A DNA stretch of 64,000 nt from Stegostoma tigrinum (taxonomy: Eukaryota), in contig NC_081362.1 of the NCBI RefSeq assembly GCF_030684315.1, forward strand, positions 96,083,187-96,147,186. Reading direction: 5' to 3'. Both the position numbers and the translations under genes were made by a program. Under the pieces are notes generated by a model. That model was not told where the DNA came from. It made no database searches and saw only the letters and a program-made list of their open reading frames with translations. Below are positions 52,446 to 64,000 of this stretch, piece after piece. Each line of letters opens with the position of its first letter. Position 1 is the first letter of the stretch.

Positions 52446-53324
52446 GCAGGAGATCAGTGAGATCCTAAACAAGTATTCTTTGTCAGTGTTGACTGTACGG
52501 AAGGATATGGGATATAGTCGGCATGGGGCAATAAGTAGTGATATCTTGAAAAGTGTCCATACTATGGAAGAGGAGGTGCTGTATGTTTTAAAATGCATAA
52601 AGTTGGATAAATCCCCAGAATCTGGTCAGGTCTACCCCTGAACATTGTGGGAAGCTAGTGAGGAGATCTCTGAGACCCTTGCTGCGTTTTTTGTACCATC
52701 GAGAGCCAAAGGTGCTGTGTCAGAAACCTCGAGGTTTGGCTAATGTGATGCCATTATTTAAGAAAAGTTGGAAGGAAAAGCTAGGGAGCTGTAGACTGCC
52801 TGACATCAGTGATAATGGGAACTGCAGATGCTGGAGATTCCAAGATAATGAAATGTGAGGCTGGATGAACACAGCAGGCCAAGCAGCTTGGCCTGCTGTG
52901 TTCATCCAGCCTCACATTTCATTATCTTGGAATCTCCAGCATCTGCAGTTCCCATTATCACTGATGTCAGGCAGTCTACAGCTCCCTAGCTTTTCCTTCC
53001 AACTTTTCTTAAATAATGGCATCACATTAGCCAAACCTCGAGGTTTCTGACACAGCACCTTTGGCTCTCGATGGTACAAAAAACGCAGCAAGGGTCTCAG
53101 AGATCTCCTCACTAGCTTCCCACAATGTTCAGGGGTAGACCTGACCAGATTCTGGGGATTTATCCAACTTTATGCATTTTAAAACATACAGCACCTCCTC
53201 TTCCATAGTATGGACACTTTTCAAGATATCACTACTTATTGCCCCATGCCGACTATATCCCATATCCTTCCGTACAGTCAACACTGACAAAGAATACTTG
53301 TTTAGGATCTCACTGATCTCCTGC
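52446..53324. repeat. Perfect palindrome, 439-bp arms, 1-nt spacer at 52885
   Basis: Mirror ORF pairs 52658..52858(+)/52912..53112(-) and 52720..52905(-)/52865..53050(+); centre GGCCAAGC-A-GCTTGGCC. Confidence 0.95.
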
Positions 53325-53396
53325 TTTTGTGCTCCTGAGATGCTGCTTGGCCTGCTGTGTTCATCCAGCCTCACATTTCATTGCCTGACATCAGTG

Positions 53397-54710
53397 TTTG
53401 GTAAGTTGTTGGAGGGTATTATGTGGCACAGGAATTACATGCATTTGGAAATGTAATACTGATTGAGGATATTCAACATGGTTTTGTGCATGAGAAATTG
53501 TGTCTCACTAACTTGATTGAGTTTTTTGAAGAAGAGACAAAGAAGATTAATGAAGGCAGAGTGGTAGACATTGTCTACATGAACTTCAACAAGACATTAG
53601 TAAGGTTCTGCATGGTAGATCATTGGCAAGGTTAGATCTTGTTGGATGCAGGGGGACTTAGTAGATTGCACATCAAATTGGCTCATCAGGAGTACACAGT
53701 GAGTGATAGTGGAGGGTTGTTTTTCAGACAGGCAGTCTGTGGCTGGTGATGTGCTACAAGGATCAGTTGCTGGGTCCACTACTTGTTGTTACTTATATAA
53801 ATCATTAGGATGTGAGCAGAGACGTATGCTTGGTAAGTACGCAGATGACAACAGAATTGATGGTATTGTGACATTGAAGAAGTTTGTCTCAGAGTACAGA
53901 TCAGATCAGCTAATGGGCTGAGGAGTGTCAGATGAATTTTAATTTAGTTAAATGTGAGGTTTTGCATATTGGTAAGGCCAATCAAGGCAGCGCTTGTACA
54001 GTTAATGGGAGGGCATTGGGGAATGTTGCTGAGCAAAGGCCCCTTGGACTGCAGATGTGTAATTCCTTGAAAGTGGTCTTGCAGGTAGAGAGGGTAGTGA
54101 AGAAGGCATTAGAAGAGCTTGTCTTCATTGGTAATTGCATTGAGATGAGGCATTAATCGACTTTTAGAATATTGCGTCCAGTTCTTGTCTTCTTGCCAGA
54201 AGAAAGATGTTGTTAAACTTGAAAGCTTTCCAAAAAATAAGAGAAAGATGTTGCGAGGATAAGAGGGCTTGATCGACAGGGAGAGGCTGAACAGGGTGGG
54301 GCTATTTTCCCTGGATTGTTGGAGGCTGAGGGGTGACCTTATAGAGCTTTATAAAATCCTGAGGTGCACAGATGTGGTGAACATCCACAGTCTTCTTTCC
54401 CAGAATATGGGAGTCCAAAACTGGAGGGCAGAATTTTAACAGGAGAGAGGAAAGATTTAAAAGCGACCTAATGGGTGACATTTTAACCCAGAGGGTGGTG
54501 TGTGTCTGGGATGGGTTGCCGGAGGAGATGATGGAGGGGGGTACAATTACAGAATCGAAAAGGCACCTGGATGGGTACATGAATAGGAAGGATTTTGAGG
54601 GATCTGTCCAAATTATGGCAAATTGGACTTGATCAGTTTTGGATATCTGGTTGGCCAAGGCCAGCTGGATCGAATTGCCTGTTTCCTTGCTGCTCAGCTC
54701 TATGACTTAG
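53397..54710 (+). mobile_element. Old CR1 RT/3' fragment in intron 1 (predates the duplication)
   Basis: QHGFVHEKLCLTNLIEFF, LQGSV..YADD, FNLVKCEVLH; inverted counterpart at ~43900-45300. Confidence 0.8.
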
Positions 54711-54829
54711 TGGCTCCCTGACTGAGTGTGAATCACTTGACTTTTCCCCTTCATTCTGCACATTGTTTCTGTTTAAATAATCATCCAATACCCTACCAAG
54801 TGACTCAGTTGAACCAAAACACTATTAGA

Positions 54830-56540
54830 CCAGAAGACAAAGGAGCAGAAACATTCCATTCAGCCCATCGAGTTGCTTGTCTTTCAATGACATCAAGGCT
54901 TCTCTGATAATCCGCAGCTTGATTTTTTTTTTGTTCTATGTCCATTGATTTACTTAATGATTAAAAATCTGCCTTTCTCAAACTTAAACATACTGAATGA
55001 CCCAGCCTCAGCAGCACTGTGTTGTCCTGATTTCCCCTCACAGTGAACAAATTCCTCCTTATCTCTGCTTAAGTGTTCATCCCCTTATTCTGAGATTCTG
55101 TCCTCTGCTCCCAGACTTTCTCACACCAGAAATAATTTTTATGCATGTAACCTGTCAAATCTTGCAAAAATCTTTTACGTTTCAATACGGTTGCCTCTCA
55201 TTCTTCGATATTTTGATGAGTATGAGCCCAAGAAACTTAATTTCTACCCACAAGACAATCTTTCCTTCCTGAATATCAGCCCAGTGATTGTTCTGTAGGC
55301 AGCTTCAATGACAGGACATCTTTCCTCAGATAAGCGACCCAAAACTGTTCACACTATTCTAGTTATATTCTGAATTTGTACTTTGTATCGTTTCAGCACA
55401 ACTTCCAAACTTTATTGTCTATTTTCTATCCAAATAAAGGCCAACTTTCCATTTGACTTCACTATTACCAATGGAACTTGGATGTTAGTTTTTCTGTGAT
55501 TCATGGACATTGACTCCTGAATCCCACTGTGCAGAAGCTTTCTGCAGTTTTTCACATTTCAACCATATTCATCTCCTCTATTCTTCCTGTCAAATTGAAT
55601 GACCTCACATTTCTTCACATTATATTCCATCTGCCAAGCTTTTGCCCTCTCACTTTCCCAAGTCAATGTCCCTATGCAGACATTTTGTCACGACTTGCCT
55701 TCCCAACTATTTTTGTGTTATCCTCAAACTTGGTGAATTGTTCAATTCACTAGGACACTAATCCTAGCATGGCTCAAGTGAAGCCTGTCCCAGGAGAACA
55801 GCCCACTTTTACACCAGTCCTGTTACCAGTGACCTATGAATGAAAACTTATTCCACCTCAACCAAACTCCAAACAATGTCTTTCACTGATTGACTCTATA
55901 TCCCTATTCCCGTTTGTCTGTGGCTCAGGCAGTAATCCAGAGATTCTTATCTCAGAAGTTCTGCTTTATAATTTAGCTGCAAACTGTTCAAAGTCTTTGA
56001 GTGAAACCTCCTTTCTTGTGTTTCCAATGCCATCGGCCTCGAAATGGATGGTGATGACTGGATACTGCTCCCTCATCTCCGAGTTCTTCTCCGGCCCTGA
56101 GGAGGTATCCTTGACCCTGGCACTGGTCAGGCAGCACATCCTTCGGGAATTATGCTCATGTCTGTAGAGAGCAGGATCTATCCCCCTCATTATACTGTTC
56201 CTTCCCAGAATGACATTCCTATTTCCTCTCCCCACTTGAATCACTCCCTGTCCCAATATCCCGTGGACAGTTTGCACATTCTCCCTGCAGTCCCCTCTTG
56301 CCCACACACCTTGTAAGAACCTTATAACTGCTGGATAACTGCAGGAGCTGAGGCTCCTCAGATGTAATTCCACGGAACCCATACTGACCTCACATGCAGT
56401 CACAGCGTCCTGTCCCTGATAAATGACTCGTCTTCAATTCCCTTATCCAAGATGTGTCAGCACCCTCTGCAGAAAGGTTTCCAGGGACTTTTCCACTTCC
56501 TTCATGTGACGCAATGTCTGCAGTTCAGACTCCAGCTCCT
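54830..56540 (-). mobile_element. Old CR1/LINE fragments (3' end and ORF1 esterase-like piece)
   Basis: ORF 55966..56403 VILGRNSIMRGID..RMCCLTSARVKD resembles CR1 ORF1; partial counterparts at ~42240-42500 and ~43070-43760. Confidence 0.6.
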
Positions 56541-57804
56541 AAATCAAACTTCCTCAAGCCATAATTGGCATTAACCAGTGTTTCCCATCAGCACATCTAC
56601 AGGGACAAAATGGTGGTGAAATTGAGTTAAGAGGTGTATGCTGTTAAGATTTAACTCTTTGTTTAAATATAAGATGGAGCAAAAATTATTTTCAGTGCTT
56701 CTGACTTTTTGGAGTAAATTACTCTGTTTGTGCCATCATTGGCCTGATCACTGCCCTCTGGAACTGAATCTCTCAACCTGTGCCTCTTGGAACAAAAAGA
56801 GAAAATACTGGGGTTCTGATGCAGAATCCCTGGACTCGAAGCTTCCCACGGATGCTGCCAGGCCTGCTGAGTTTCTCCAGCAATTTCTGTTTGTGTTTCA
56901 GATCTAAAACATCCACAGTCATTAGTTTTATCAAAGAATCATTGGGGTAGATTAGGGGCCAAGCGATGCAATGTTTCCATGGAGATTAGGGACACAGAAT
57001 AGAAAATAGATGTTCCCGTTATGCCTTCACTACAGAAGAGGAACCTGATACTGTCACAGGAAGGGAGTGAGTGAGGCAAGATGTTGACTGTGATCCAGGA
57101 GAAAGTGCCCAAGGTCGGAGGCAGTGATATAGAGATATGACCTCAACAGTGACCCCCACAATGGGGAATGTGAAAAGAGGATCCAGAGGCAGTCATTACC
57201 ATTAGGAAAAGCATCAGGTCGATCCAGTCTGGTCCATGTCCCTCAGAGAGGTGCTGCTGCATTCAGAGAGAAATCAATGTCCTTTACTTTTGCTGCTTCT
57301 TTCTACCAGATTCCCTCATTTATATTCACTGTTTCCCAGTCGCTGTGTTCATTCACTTTGTGTGAAGTGCTGGCCTCTCTTTTTCTCTTGCCTTGTGCTT
57401 CCAAGCTCCAGATTTCTGAATCTATTTGTGGGGACTGCTGCCTCATTCACTTCCTGTCAGTTTTCGTCTGTCTGCTCGGCCACAGTTCAGCACAGCTTCT
57501 AATTTCACAATTCACTTTCCATGACAGAAAACAGTTTCTTTGCCCAAAGTCACTGTATTTATTCAAAGGCATTCTGATATTCATTTAAACTTGTCTGAAA
57601 AAGGCCACTAAAAACAGGCTATCTCTGATATAATTTTAACACCATAGATAGGGCTGTGTTTCCGAAACCAGATTTTTGAGTTCAAAGCTCTAAAAATATT
57701 GCTATTCCTTGAGAGTCTGCCGTTGAAATCCTGAAAAAATCCTCTTTAATGGTATGGTGGGTCTACCTGAAGCACATAGAGGCAGCAATGCAAGCCCATA
57801 GGCA

Positions 57805-59830
57805 CAAAGAAAATAGGAGCAGGAGAAGGCCATTTGACCGTTGTGGGCCCTCACATCTACTCCATGCTTGATTATCATCATGGCTGATCCTCCAACTCAA
57901 TATCATGTACCTTCTTTCCTTCCATATCCTTAGATCCCTTCAGTCACAAGTAATGTATCCAGCACATTCTAGAAATCATGCAAAGTTTTGACCTCAATTA
58001 TTTCATGAATACCACAAGTTCCCCTCTCTCTGGGTGAACACAATTCTCCTCATCTCAGTCCCAAATGGTTTACTCAGTATCCCCAAACTGTGATCCCTGG
58101 TTCTGGACTCACCTGCTATCAGGAACATCCTTTCTGCATCTAACCTGTCCAGTCATGTTCAACCTTTAGAGAATTATTTGAGACTGACCCTCAAATTCTT
58201 CTGAAGTGCAGTGAATTCAATTGGAAATGATTCAACTTCTCTTCATACTGAATATCAACAACCAAGGGGTCAGTCTGGTAAATCTTTGCTGCACTCCCCA
58301 TGCAGCAAAAACATCCTTCCTCAGATATAGAGACAAAAATTCCTCACAATATTTCATGTGTGGTCTCTCTAAGACTCTGTATAACTGCAGTAACACATCC
58401 CTGCTCCTGTACTCATCCTCTCACTGTGAAGTCCAACACAGTATTGTCCTTTTTACTGCCTGTTGCATCTGCAACATTTCTTTTCAGTGACTGGTGTGCA
58501 AAGACACCCAGGTCTCATTGTACCTCCACCACACCCCAACTATCATCCTTCAAATAATAATCTACCTGCTTAGTCTTGTATCAAAGTGGATAAACTCACA
58601 TTTAACCACATTATCCTACATCTGCCATGCATTTGGCCACTCACTCAACTTGTCCAATTCACACCGAAGCATTATTGCATCCTTCACGTAAATTACCCTC
58701 CCATGCACCTTTATGTCACTTGCAAACTTGTAGAAATTATGTTTAGTTCCCTCATCATATATATTGTGAATAGCGACATCTAGCATTGAGGTATCCCATT
58801 AGTCACTGGCGATCAATCAGAAAAAGACCCATTTATCCCTGCTCTTTATTTTCTGTTTACTAGCCAGCTCTCTCTCCATCTCAATATTCAATACGCCGAG
58901 CCAATGTTCTTTAATTTTACATGTTAATCTCCCCTGTGATTTTCTCAAAAGCCTTCTAAATGTCCAAATAAACCACATCCACTGTCTCCCCTTCATCAGT
59001 TCTACAAGTAACATGCGTGAAGAGTTCCAGTCAATTTGTGATGCTTTTGTAAATCCCTGCAGCCTCAGTTTTCAAAGTACTCTGTTATTAAACCTTTTAT
59101 GAAGGAATCTAACATTTTCCCCAATAGTGCCATCAGGTTGAGTGGTCTATAATTCCCTGTCTCCTGTTTTAAACAGTGGGGTTACATTAGCTACCCACAA
59201 ACTGTTCAGTATCCGTAGGACCTTGGAAAATGACTAACAATGCATCCATTATTTCCAGGCCCACTTCCTTAAGTGCTCTGGAATGGAGATTATCAGAGCC
59301 TGCAGATTTATTAGCTTTCAATCTCATAAATTTCCCCAACTATACTTATTGACTAATCATGATTTCCATTAGTTCCTCCTTCTCAATGAACCCTTTGTTC
59401 CCCAAGATTTCTGAAATGTTACTTGTATCCTCCTTTGTGAGCCAAAAACAAAGTTTGCACTTAGTTCCTTCGCCAGTTCTTTGCTCCCCATTAGGAATTC
59501 TAGTTTCTGACTGTAAGGCAACAACATTTATCTTCATCAATCCTCTTCTCTTTAGATCCCAACAGAAAAAAACATTCTGCTCAGATTTTATGTTCCCCTC
59601 AAACATACGCTGATCTATTATTTTCTTTCCCTTAATCATTCCTTTAATCCTCCCATTAATCCCTTAATCTTTGCAATAATTAATCTCTCCTCTGTTCTGT
59701 TATTTTGTTCAGCCAGTTTGTTTGCCTCTTCCTTGGATCTTGTACTGTCTCCAATTTCCCGTGGAAGCCATGGTTTGGTCACCTTTCCAATTTTACTTTT
59801 GTGCAGGTGGCAGTAGCTATGGTGAGGATC
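57805..59830 (-). mobile_element. Old degenerate CR1
   Basis: Fragmentary ORF2 motifs and a CATAGG-type tail near 57800; counterpart at ~41170-42230. Confidence 0.65.
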
Positions 59831-60139
59831 TCTGTACACCCCCTGTTGTTAGTCACTAACAGTCCCCATTAACAACTATTCACCCTCCCAAACTGATCGT
59901 TCACAACTCCTTTGTCTGACCAACTGTCTTTCTCTCTCTTTGGGCTATAACCTATCTTTTACTCCCTTCCTCACCCACCTCGCTATTTCCTGCAGATAAA
60001 CTGACATTTTTCCAGCCACCATCAGCCCCAAGGAAGGGTGACTAGACCCAAAATGTTAAGTCTGTTTTCTCCTCCACAGATGCTGCCAGACCTGCTGAGC
60101 TTTTCCAGCAACTTTGTTTTTGTTCCTGTATCCAGGGAA

Positions 60140-61575
60140 TAGAACATAGAACATAGAAATGCAGCACAGTACAGGCCCTTCGTCCCACGATGTTGTGCCA
60201 TGGAATAATTCTAATCCCAAAATAAAATAACCTAACCTACATTCCCCTCAATTCACTGCTGTCCATGTGCATGTCCAGCAGTCACTTAAATGTCACTAAT
60301 GACTCCTTTTTTTAATCAACTTCCTCAATCTTGATCTGTTCAAGCCTGTTTTCCTGCTCCTCAAAGTTCTCATTCACAACAAGGTCCCTTTCGTTAGTGA
60401 AAACCTAAGCAAAAAACTCATTTAGGGCTTCCCCTATCTGCTCAGACTCCACGCACAAGTTCCCTATGCTATCCCTGATCGGCCCTACCTTCTCCCTGAT
60501 CATTCTCTTATTCCTCACGTATGAGTAAAGTGCCTTTGGGTTCTCCCTAATCCTTCCTGCCAAGCCTTTGTCCTGTACCCTCCTGGCCCTCCTCAGTCCA
60601 CTTTTGAGCTCCTTCCGAGCAAGCCTGTAATCCTCGAAAGCTGTGCTAGACCCTTGCTTCCTCCAGTTTACGTACACTGCCTTTTTCTTTTTGACAAGAA
60701 GCACCTCTGTACCCGTCATCCAAGGCTCCTTAATCTTACCCCTTCTTACCTGTCTCAGAGGAACAAATTTATACATCACTCGCAACAACTGCTCCTTAAA
60801 CAGCCTCCACATGTCTGCTGTGCCCTTTCTGTGGAACAATTGCTCCCAATCTGTACTTCCCAACTCCTGTCTGATAGCGTCATAGTTTCGTTTACCCCAG
60901 TTAAATATCTTCCCCTGGTAACTGCTGCTTTCCCTTTCCATGGCTATGGTAAATGTGAGGCTGTTGTGTTCACTGTCGCCAAAGTGTTCTCCGACCACGA
61001 GATCTGACACCTGTCCTGGCACATTGCTGAGCACCAAATCCAAAATGGCCTCCCCCCTCATCGGCCTTTCCACATACTGAGTAAGGAATCCCTCCTGAAC
61101 ACACCTGACAAAAACAGCTCCATCCAAACCATCTGCACTAAGGAGGTTCCAATCTATACTGGGAAAGTTGAAGTCACCCATAACAACGTTTGCACTTTTC
61201 AGCAATCTGCTGGCCTATGAGTTCTTCAATCTCCCGACTGCTATTTTGGGGTCTGTAGAAAACCCCCAGTGATGTGACTGCTCCCTTGCTGTTCCTAACT
61301 TCCACCCACACTGACTCAGTCGACAAACCTTCCTCGGCAGCCTCAGCCCATACCACCTCAGTAGATGAGTCCTGATCAAAAGTTCTTTCAGCTGCCGTTA
61401 TACTATCCTTGGACCAACAAAGCCACACCTCCCCCTCCTTTACCACCTTCCCTGGCCTTAATGAAAGATCTAAACCCTGGAACCTGCAACATCCAATCCT
61501 GACCTGCTCTATCCATGTCTCCGAAATGGCCACAACATTGAAGTCCCAGGTCCCTATCCAAGCTGCAAGCTCACC
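60140..61575 (-). mobile_element. Young CR1 with internal deletion of the RT region
   Basis: The 3' terminal ~165 bp (matching 38296-38465) is joined at ~60305-60315 to sequence matching ~39893 onward. ORFs 60405..61205 (GDFNFPSIDW, DSEHN) and 61174..61611 (AISETW). Confidence 0.9.
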
Positions 61576-62071
61576 TCCCTTATCACCTACCTGGAGGGAG
61601 AAACTCCCCATTACCCCCCAGACTGCCCCCGGTACCCTAGCCTGCGGAGCGGCTTCAGTTTGCTGAGGCTGTAGAAGCTGTATCTCTGTTAGTCTTTGAC
61701 GATATCTTCCCCCTTAAAATACAGCCTGGCTTCCTCTTCTAATGCAGCAGCCTCTTCTCAGTTCCAATCGTCACATTTGCTGTGTGTCGTGAGGAAGCCT
61801 CTCCCATGATGAATAGTCCAGGGAAGAGAATTGCAGTGTGTGGAAAGTTAACTTGTGTCAGGCAGCGGTTGGACAGCGTGAGCTCAACATGTCCCTGTTA
61901 CAACAACATCTGTGTTGCTGTTCTCAGCACACAGTGACTGAGAGCCAGGATACCAAGCACCATCAAACGATCACAGCTGGCACTGGCAATTTGTCCCCTC
62001 TTTGTACAGGACTCAGGCTGCTGGCAGGGAGACTTTAAACCCTGGCGGGAGCTTAGAACATTCAGACAACA

Positions 62072-62265
62072 TTCAGACTCCACGCACAAGTTCCCTATGC
62101 TATCCCTGATCGGCCCTACCTTCTCCCTGATCATTCTCTTATTCCTCACGTATGAGTAAAATGCCTTTGGGTTCTCCCTAATCCTTCCTGCCAAGCCTTT
62201 GTCCTGTACCCTCCTGGCCCTCCTCAGTCCACTTTTGAGCTCCTTCCGAGCAAGCCTGTAATCCT
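62072..62265 (-). mobile_element. ~190-bp CR1 fragment duplicating ~60442-60633
   Basis: Shares the RRVQDKG variant with the 60140-61575 copy rather than RRGHEKG of the 38296 copy; ends ~35 bp before the V-exon acceptor. Confidence 0.85.
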
Positions 62266-62300
62266 TGATTTTGTTTATTGATTTTGTTTTTATTTTGAAG

Positions 62301-62645
62301 GTGCAAATGCCCCAGTCCTTTTCCAGTCTCCGACCCTGCAATGTGTCACAGAGGGTCACACTGCCCGACTGCAGTGCACCATGAGTAACGCAGCAGTAAC
62401 GCACGTCAATGTTCACTGGTACCAAGGACGACCAGGACTTCGGGCGAAGAGGATTTTGACACATGACCAATGGAATCGGGTGTACAGGTATTCAGGACTC
62501 GGTGACCGATTCCAGCCTTCCAAAGACCCCTCCAGTAATAGCTTCATTCTGACCATCACAAACGTGCAGCCCAGTGACACTGGGGTCTATTATTGCTCAG
62601 TCTGGGGAAGGATTTATGGGAGAGGAAGCCTGCTCAATATCACCA
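62301..62645 (+). CDS. Intact V-set Ig domain exon with germline-joined J-like segment (non-rearranging antigen-receptor-like gene)
   Basis: Acceptor ttattttgaag|, donor A|GTGAGT, 345 nt, phase 1-1. (G)ANAPVLFQSPTLQCVTEGHTARLQCTMSNAAVTHVNVHWYQGRPGLRAKRILTHDQWNRVYRYSGLGDRFQPSKDPSSNSFILTITNVQPSDTGVYYCSVWGRIYGRGSLLNIT has the B-strand Cys, WYQ..PG, DRF, DTGVYYC and YGxG..L.I. No RSS. Confidence 0.93.
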
Positions 62646-64000
62646 GTGAGTAGAGTTTACATGACAATCACTTCGAGCGAATAGCCCTTGCCCGATGAAT
62701 GAATTGAAGAGCAGTTTGTAGGTGTCACTGGCTGGGCCTGCATTTATTGCCCATCCTTAACTGCCCTTGAGAAGGTGGTGCTGAGCTGCCTTTTTGAGCC
62801 ACTGCAGACACCCATTGGTTACCATTCCGGATTTTAGTTCAGGCTCCGACACGATCTATTCGGATCCTGCGAAACAATTCTTCATAAGCTATGATCGGAA
62901 TTAATGGTGAAGCTTTAATTGGACTGTGAATTCCCCAAGTCCTGATATGGACAAACTTGTCTGGTAAAATTTCACATCTTTATATAATTCTGACCAATAT
63001 AAGTGTTTTAATGAATTTAGACTGTGTGTTCCTCATTCATAAATAATCAGCCATTGGAATTTCATGAGCTAATTTGTAAAATTTCATTCTGATCCTCAGA
63101 TGGAGTGACCAACCGATGGACCACTGTCCATTCCTCATGGCATGGTACTTTGGGCAGACTCTATTTCCTCATTAGCACTTTGTCTTTCAAGCAATAACAC
63201 TCAGGGATTGATTCTGATTCCATTTCTGAGGAGGCTTTTTGGTAAAACTCTCTCAATTCCACATCCATTCATTGCATTTCTGTTTGAGTAGATTTTCTGA
63301 ACGCACCAGACACATTATCTGTACCTTCATTCTTTTCTGTTGTGTTTTTGAAAATTGATTCTGATTGCAGAAACTCCAACCCAAATCAATGTCCGATAGA
63401 TTCCCTGTTCTATGTGTCTAACCCCGTGAACCTGTGATCTAGTCACAACACAGTCAGAAATCATTTGTGGATATTTCTCCCATTTTTCAATCTCTGTTAA
63501 TATCTCCAATGAATATTTTCCCTCCATTAATCCTGCAGAAAATCAAAGAGGACCATCTGGCAGCATCAGTGATTGACTTTTTGATAGTCTCTCTAAATCT
63601 TTATTGCTTTACCTGCTTGATTTGAGGCTGAAGGAAATGGCTTTCCTTTTGAGACTGAATTCTCAGAACCTCACATGTTCTGAATTGACTAAAACTATTT
63701 TTTCACTGATTGTCCAGCCCTTTACTTCTACAAATTGGCTCAAAGGCTGGAAGTGCTGGTGTTGTGGTGGGGGTCGGGGGTTCAAAGTAGGTTAACATTA
63801 AGGATCCCGGGGATGAAGGGCTGTCACTTGAGGAGCAGTTGATGCCTCTGGCTCTGTACTTGATGGAGTTTAGAAGGATGACGGGGAATCTGATTGAAAC
63901 AGACTGAGTACTGAGTGGCCTTGATTGAGTGGTCATGGAGAGGATGTTTCCACTAATAGGAGAGACTAGGACCTGAGGGCACAGCCTTGGAGTGAAGGCA

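Noticed and set aside
61930-61975. CACAGTG heptamer upstream of the V exon (others at ~5934, ~12618 and ~17346 minus)
   Set aside because: No ACAAAAACC-like nonamer at 12 or 23 bp spacing, and not adjacent to a coding segment.

Overview
Repeat-dense vertebrate genomic DNA, inferred to be elasmobranch (shark-like) from CR1 LINEs with (GTTCTAT)n tails, tRNA-derived SINEs and abundant Penelope-like elements. Most ORF-track entries are transposon-derived. The host genes form an immune-receptor locus. (1) A plus-strand gene has a leader exon (51111-51162) that splices in phase to a single exon (62301-62645) encoding a complete V-set Ig domain with its J-like G strand already joined in the germline and no RSS. 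(2) A head-to-head inverted paralogue has a pseudogenised VJ exon (36734-37077, minus). Flank homology indicates this exon corresponds to a second VJ exon expected about 0.5 kb past the window end, implying a tandem V-V, non-rearranging antigen-receptor-like gene. (3) The last coding exon of an ITIM+ITSM inhibitory receptor lies at 546-662. Mobile DNA includes Neptune- and Poseidon-type Penelope elements with minimal hammerhead ribozymes, inverted arms and 15-bp TSDs, a perfect 879-bp palindrome tied to a Penelope insertion, a Gmr1-type (IN before RT) Gypsy element, and many CR1 copies. No C-domain or TM exon could be identified in the window. Repeat boundaries and nucleotide identities are estimates by eye.
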